Below are positions 59,045-64,000 of a stretch of 64,000 nt of DNA, piece after piece. Numbering within the stretch: the first letter of the stretch is position 1; each line of letters begins with the position of its first letter. Under the pieces are notes generated by a model. That model was not told the DNA's origin, ran no database searches, and saw nothing but the letters and a program-made list of their open reading frames with translations. The position numbers and the translations under genes were made by a program. Origin of the DNA: Escherichia coli (GTDB lineage Bacteria > Pseudomonadota > Gammaproteobacteria > Enterobacterales > Enterobacteriaceae). The DNA lies in NCBI RefSeq assembly GCF_001677475.2, contig NZ_CP015229.1; one strand, written 5' to 3'.

Positions 59045-61285
59045 TCAGAAGTGAGTATTAACGCTCATATACCACGTACGTCCCGGCTCGTTATAGGTAT
59101 ACGCCCCGGCACCTGCGATATAGTTGGCTCCTGCCAGATCGCCCGTGGTCTGGGCATTGCCCGCACGCCACAAACGCTTATCGAATAGGTTGTCCACGCC
59201 GCCGGTCAGACTGACATTCTTCGTCACATCCCAGGTCGCGCTCAGGCCAACAATGCTGTAAGGACTAATTTCTTTGGTTTCCGGTCCAACCGCTGGCTGG
59301 CCTTTATAGTTGTACTTCTTCGGCTGCTGCTTGCCGTACCAGGTGAAGGTCGTTTGCATCGACAAATCTTCCCGTGCCTGCCAGCTCAGCGTTGAGTTCA
59401 ACGTATACTCCGGGATGATCGACAAACGGTCGCCCGTGGTTTTGTTTTCACTCTTCAGCATATAAGTGATGTTATTGGTCCACATCACCGTTTCGCTAAC
59501 CGGTACGTTTAACGATCCTTCCAGGCCTTCAACCACTGCTTTCGGCACGTTATCCCACTGATAGAGATCGGTGCCGACTGCGTTTTGTCCTACAGCCACA
59601 TAGCCCGCTTCAATCTTATTGCGATAATCGTTACGGAACCATGTGACGCCCGCCAGCCAGCCGTCGCGTTTGAACTCCAGACCAATCTCTTTGTTGATAC
59701 TGGTTTCCGCTTTCAGGTCATCGTTCCCTTGCAGATAGCAGCCGCCCGCGCTGGCATAGCAGCCCTGACCTTTACTGTAGAGAATGTAGTTCGGGTTAGT
59801 CTGGTACAGGCTCGGCGCTTTATAGGCGCGGGCAATGCCCATTTTCAGCGTGAAGTCATCGCCTAAACCTTGCGATATGTTCAGCGCCGGGCTCCAGTTA
59901 TTGCCGACAATACTGTGATGATCGAAACGCAGCCCCGGCGTTACGATGGTGCTGTCAGTCAGCTCCATGTTGTTTTCGGCAAACAGCGAGAAAATTTCTG
60001 CTTTTGAATACGGGCTACGGTCGGTGGCACTCACGCCATCAATAGCGCCACCGGTATTCGTTCCGGTCAGTGCCTGGGTGTTGGAACTTAAGTCCTTCAT
60101 CCGTTGCTGATTCCACTCCGTACCCAGCGTCAGCGTTTGGTTAACGAGGAAATCAATCGGCAGGTTAACTTCGCTGTGCAGCATCACGTCATCAAGATCG
60201 ATATCGACGAAATCCTGTGTCGCTTTTTCGTTAAATTTCCCTTCGGTACCACCCGCCAGACCTTCCGGAATACGCGAGTTACGGGTGTGTTCGTACTGCA
60301 CCCAGTTGCTGGTGGTCACGCCGTTATCCCAGCCACCGTTCCAGGTCAGCGAGTAGTTCTGGCGATACAGGCGGTTGGTTTCATCGCCATATTTCGAGCG
60401 AGTGTAAGCGTCAGAGTTGGTGTTCTGGGTATCGCCCGCATACAGGTTACCCTGGCGGCTGTAACCCGCTTCCAGTTCGAGTGATTGCAGAGGCGCGAAG
60501 TCCCAGCGCACCACGCCATTAATATCTTTGTTGATCACCCCTTCGCGCCCGGCTGGTAACGTCGTGGCATACGTTCCGGCACGCGCGGACTGATGACCCT
60601 GGTTGATATCCCACGCGTCAGCCTGGGTTTTGTCGAGGTTGCCATACAAGCGGAAGCTGAATTCGTCGCCCAGCGGACCGGTCAGGCTGAAGTTGGTGCG
60701 TTTAGTGGCACCTTCCTCTTTATGTTCTGGCGCATTGAAATAAGCGTCCCAGGAGCCGTGCCACTCACCGCTGCCTTTTTTGGTAATGATGTTAACCACG
60801 CCGCCCGCCGCGCCGTTGCCGTAACGCGCAGCTGCCGGACCACGCAGAACTTCAATACGTTCAATCATTTCAGGTGGCACCCAGGAAGTATCACCACGGG
60901 TATCGCGCTCTCCACGCCAGCCCTGACGCACCGAGTTACGGCTGCTGACCGGTTTGCCGTCAATTAAAATCAGCGTGTTTTCCGGACCCATGCCGCGAAT
61001 ATCAATCTGGCGGTTATTACCACGCTGACCACTGGTGGAGTTACCGGTCAGGTTAACGCCTGGCATGGTACGGATAATCTCCGACACATCGCGGGCAACC
61101 GGGTTTTTGCGGATTTCATCTGCGGTGATGGTCGAAACGCCAGGCGCCTGCAAGTTCTGCTCGGCGGCGGTAACGACAATAGTATCGTCATGTGAAACAG
61201 GAGTATCGGTCGGCTCTTGTGCCTGCGCTACCCCATAAATCCCCAGATTGACCAACAAGGCCAGGGAATGAATCTTCTTGTTCAT
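59045..61285 (-). CDS. fepA: TonB-dependent ferric enterobactin outer-membrane receptor
   Basis: Start set at MNKKIHSLALLVNLGIYGVAQA (746 aa); TonB box DTIVVTA; C-terminal aromatic residue. Confidence 0.96.
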   Translation of the reverse strand: MNKKIHSLALLVNLGIYGVAQAQEPTDTPVSHDDTIVVTAAEQNLQAPGVSTITADEIRKNPVARDVSEIIRTMPGVNLTGNSTSGQRGNNRQIDIRGMGPENTLILIDGKPVSSRNSVRQGWRGERDTRGDTSWVPPEMIERIEVLRGPAAARYGNGAAGGVVNIITKKGSGEWHGSWDAYFNAPEHKEEGATKRTNFSLTGPLGDEFSFRLYGNLDKTQADAWDINQGHQSARAGTYATTLPAGREGVINKDINGVVRWDFAPLQSLELEAGYSRQGNLYAGDTQNTNSDAYTRSKYGDETNRLYRQNYSLTWNGGWDNGVTTSNWVQYEHTRNSRIPEGLAGGTEGKFNEKATQDFVDIDLDDVMLHSEVNLPIDFLVNQTLTLGTEWNQQRMKDLSSNTQALTGTNTGGAIDGVSATDRSPYSKAEIFSLFAENNMELTDSTIVTPGLRFDHHSIVGNNWSPALNISQGLGDDFTLKMGIARAYKAPSLYQTNPNYILYSKGQGCYASAGGCYLQGNDDLKAETSINKEIGLEFKRDGWLAGVTWFRNDYRNKIEAGYVAVGQNAVGTDLYQWDNVPKAVVEGLEGSLNVPVSETVMWTNNITYMLKSENKTTGDRLSIIPEYTLNSTLSWQAREDLSMQTTFTWYGKQQPKKYNYKGQPAVGPETKEISPYSIVGLSATWDVTKNVSLTGGVDNLFDKRLWRAGNAQTTGDLAGANYIAGAGAYTYNEPGRTWYMSVNTHF

Positions 61286-61452
61286 TGTTTTATTCCTGCA
61301 TTTTTGCCACGAATTGCAACTGTCGGGCATGGTCGTCATCAACACGACGCATCCCGCTACCGCGAAAACCTTTGATCCTGAAAGACACGCAGTGCAGTTG
61401 GTTAATTAATGTCCGCGCTTCCCACGGCGCGCCATTACGCTATTGCAAATGC

Positions 61453-61480
61453 AAATAGTTATCAATAATATTATCAATAT
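61453..61480. promoter_or_regulatory. Fur box(es) in the divergent fepA-fes promoter
   Basis: aaatagttatcaataatattatcaatat, overlapping matches to the Fur consensus GATAATGATAATCATTATC. Confidence 0.75.
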
Positions 61481-61527
61481 ATTTCTGCAATCAATGAAAA
61501 ATTGCACAGTAAACATGGGGTTATGGT

Positions 61528-62730
61528 GTGGCGGCGTTAAAAGTAGGAAGTGAGAGCTGGTGGCAGTCGAAACATGGCCCGGAATGGCAGCGTCTGAATG
61601 ACGAAATGTTTGAGGTCACTTTCTGGTGGCGTGATCCCCAAGGTTCTGAAGAATACTCGACGATAAAGCGCGTATGGGTCTACATCACTGGTGTGACCGA
61701 TCACCATCAGAACAGCCAGCCCCAGTCGATGCAGCGAATTGCAGGCACCAACGTCTGGCAGTGGACGACACAACTCAATGCCAACTGGCGCGGCAGCTAC
61801 TGTTTTATTCCCACCGAACGCGATGACATTTTTTCTGCACCATCACCCGATTGCCTCGAATTGCGCGAAGGCTGGCGAAAACTATTACCCCAGGCGATAG
61901 CCGATCCGCTGAATCCACAAAGCTGGAAAGGCGGGCGAGGGCACGCTGTTTCTGCACTCGAAATGCCGCAAGCGCCTCTGCAACCGGGATGGGATTGTCC
62001 GCAAGCGCCAGAAATACCTGCCAAAGAAATTATCTGGAAAAGTGAACGGTTGAAAAATTCACGCCGTGTATGGATTTTTACCACCGGCGATGCAACAGCA
62101 GAAGAACGCCCGCTGGCAGTTTTGCTTGATGGCGAATTTTGGGCGCAGTGTATGCCCGTCTGGCCTGGGCTGACTTCGCTGACCCATCGTCAGCAACTTC
62201 CTCCCGCCGTGTATGTGTTGATCGACGCTATCGACACCACGCACCGCGCCCACGAACTGACGTGTAATGCGGATTTCTGGCTGGCAGTACAGCAAGAGTT
62301 ATTACCCCTGGTGAAAGCTATTGCCCCTTTTAGCGATCGCGCCGATCGCACCGTGGTCGCCGGGCAGAGTTTTGGTGGGCTTTCCGCGCTGTATGCCGGA
62401 CTGCACTGGCCTGAACGCTTTGGCTGTGTATTAAGCCAGTCAGGATCGTACTGGTGGCCGCATCGGGGCGGGCAGCAAGAGGGCGTGTTACTTGAAAAGC
62501 TAAAAGCTGGTGGAGTTAGCGCCGAAGGTCTGCGCATTGTGCTGGAAGCGGGTATTCGCGAGCCGATGATTATGCGGGCCAATCAGGCGCTGTATGCGCA
62601 ATTACACCCCATAAAAGAATCCATTTTCTGGCGTCAGGTTGACGGCGGACATGATGCGCTTTGTTGGCGCGGTGGCTTGATGCAGGGGCTAATCGACCTC
62701 TGGCAACCACTTTTCCATGACAGGAGTTGA
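61528..62730 (+). CDS. fes: Enterobactin/ferric enterobactin esterase
   Basis: 400-aa ORF from GTG 61528; esterase GxSxG (GQSFGG); an internal ATG (MFEVTFWW) is an alternative start. Confidence 0.92.
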   Translation: MAALKVGSESWWQSKHGPEWQRLNDEMFEVTFWWRDPQGSEEYSTIKRVWVYITGVTDHHQNSQPQSMQRIAGTNVWQWTTQLNANWRGSYCFIPTERDDIFSAPSPDCLELREGWRKLLPQAIADPLNPQSWKGGRGHAVSALEMPQAPLQPGWDCPQAPEIPAKEIIWKSERLKNSRRVWIFTTGDATAEERPLAVLLDGEFWAQCMPVWPGLTSLTHRQQLPPAVYVLIDAIDTTHRAHELTCNADFWLAVQQELLPLVKAIAPFSDRADRTVVAGQSFGGLSALYAGLHWPERFGCVLSQSGSYWWPHRGGQQEGVLLEKLKAGGVSAEGLRIVLEAGIREPMIMRANQALYAQLHPIKESIFWRQVDGGHDALCWRGGLMQGLIDLWQPLFHDRS

Positions 62731-62732
62731 AT

Positions 62733-62951
62733 ATGGCATTCAGTAATCCCTTCGATGATCCACAGGGAGCGTTTTACATTTTGCGCAATGCGCAGGGTCA
62801 ATTCAGTCTGTGGCCGCAACAATGCGCCTTACCGGCAGGCTGGGACATTGTGTGTCAGCCGCAGTCACAAGAGTCCTGCCAGCAGTGGCTTGAAGCCCAC
62901 TGGCGTACTCTGACACCGGCGAATTTCACCCAGTTGCAGGAGGCGCAATGA
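62733..62951 (+). CDS. ybdZ: MbtH-like protein
   Basis: 72 aa from ATG 62733 (MAFSNPFDDPQGAFYIL...), RBS caggag; 4-nt overlap with entF. Confidence 0.93.
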   Translation: MAFSNPFDDPQGAFYILRNAQGQFSLWPQQCALPAGWDIVCQPQSQESCQQWLEAHWRTLTPANFTQLQEAQ

Positions 62952-64000
62952 GCCAGCATTTACCTTTGGTCGCCGCACAGCCCGGCATCTGGATGGCAGA
63001 AAAACTGTCGGATTTACCCTCCGCCTGGAGCGTGGCGCATTACGTTGAGTTAACCGGAGAGGTTGATGCGCCATTACTGGCCCGCGCGGTGGTTGCCGGA
63101 TTAGCGCAAGCAGATACGTTGCGGATGCGTTTTACGGAAGATAACGGCGAAGTCTGGCAATGGGTTGATGATGCGCTGATATTCGAACTACCAGAAATTA
63201 TCGACCTGCGAACCAATATTGATCCGCACGGTACTGCGCGGGCATTAATGCAGGCGGATTTGCAACAAGATTTGCGCGTCGATAGCGGTAAACCACTGGT
63301 CTTTCATCAGCTGATACAGGTGGCGGATAACCGCTGGTACTGGTATCAGCGTTATCACCATTTGCTGGTCGATGGCTTCAGTTTCCCGGCCATTACCCGC
63401 CAGATCACCAATATTTACTGCACATTGCTGCGTGGTGAACCAACGCCTGCTTCGCCGTTTACGCCTTTCGCTGATGTAGTGGAAGAGTACCAGCAATACC
63501 GCGAAAGCGAAGCCTGGCAGCGTGATGCGGCATTCTGGGCAGAACAGCGTCGTCAACTGCCGCCGCCCGCGTCACTTTCTCCGGCACCTTTACCGGGGCG
63601 CAGCGCTTCGGCAGATATTTTGCGTCTGAAAATGGAATTTACCGACGGGGAATTCCGCCAGTTGGCTACGCAACTTTCAGGTGTGCAGCGTACCGATTTA
63701 GCCCTTGCGCTGACGGCTTTGTGGCTGGGGCGATTGTGCAACCGCATGGACTACGCCGCCGGATTTATCTTTATGCGTCGACTGGGCTCGGCGGCGTTGA
63801 CGGCTACCGGACCCGTGCTCAACGTTTTGCCGCTGGGTATTCATATTGTGGCGCAAGAAACGCTGCCGGAACTGGCAACCCGACTGGCAGCACAACTGAA
63901 AAAAATGCGTCGCCATCAACGTTACGATGCCGAACAAATTGTCCGTGACAGCGGGCGAGCGGCAGGTGATGAACCGCTGTTTGGTCCGGTACTCAATATT
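62948..64000 (+). CDS. entF: Enterobactin synthase component F (NRPS), N-terminal condensation domain; 3' end beyond the window
   Basis: ATG 62948; MSQHLPLVAAQPGIWMAEKLS...; HHLLVDGFSF condensation motif; open to the window end, so absent from the ORF track. Confidence 0.93.
   Translation, partial: MSQHLPLVAAQPGIWMAEKLSDLPSAWSVAHYVELTGEVDAPLLARAVVAGLAQADTLRMRFTEDNGEVWQWVDDALIFELPEIIDLRTNIDPHGTARALMQADLQQDLRVDSGKPLVFHQLIQVADNRWYWYQRYHHLLVDGFSFPAITRQITNIYCTLLRGEPTPASPFTPFADVVEEYQQYRESEAWQRDAAFWAEQRRQLPPPASLSPAPLPGRSASADILRLKMEFTDGEFRQLATQLSGVQRTDLALALTALWLGRLCNRMDYAAGFIFMRRLGSAALTATGPVLNVLPLGIHIVAQETLPELATRLAAQLKKMRRHQRYDAEQIVRDSGRAAGDEPLFGPVLNI

Overview
This window reads as an Escherichia coli chromosomal segment collinear with the K-12 map from ybbP to the start of entF. 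All gene calls rest on the supplied ORF track plus my recollection of E. coli proteins and gene order; no database search was possible. Content in order: ybbP 3' end; mnmH; the allantoin/glyoxylate regulon (allS, allA, allR, gcl-hyi-glxR-ybbW-allB-ybbY-glxK, allE-allC-allD); fdrA-ylbE-ylbF-ybcF; purEK; lpxH-ppiB; cysS; ybcI, ybcJ, folD; the sfm fimbrial operon and fimZ; tRNA-Arg argU; envY, ybcH, nfrA, nfrB; cusRS and cusCFBA; pheP; ybdG, nfsB, ybdF, ybdJ, ybdK; a hok/sok locus; entD, fepA, fes, ybdZ and the 5' part of entF. Compared with K-12 as I remember it, three accessory elements are missing: the RhsD element between ybbP and mnmH, the DLP12 prophage with appY and ompT downstream of argU, and IS186 next to hokE. 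The most interesting feature is in the ybbP-mnmH intergenic region, which holds what looks like an unannotated type I toxin-antitoxin module: a 27-codon ORF for a DinQ/TisB-like amphipathic peptide, its Shine-Dalgarno inside a perfect palindrome, and a divergent ~90-nt candidate sRNA whose 5' end is exactly complementary to the toxin 5' UTR. The hok/sok locus is also present as two tandem copies. No CRISPR array, insertion sequence, integrase or rRNA was found.
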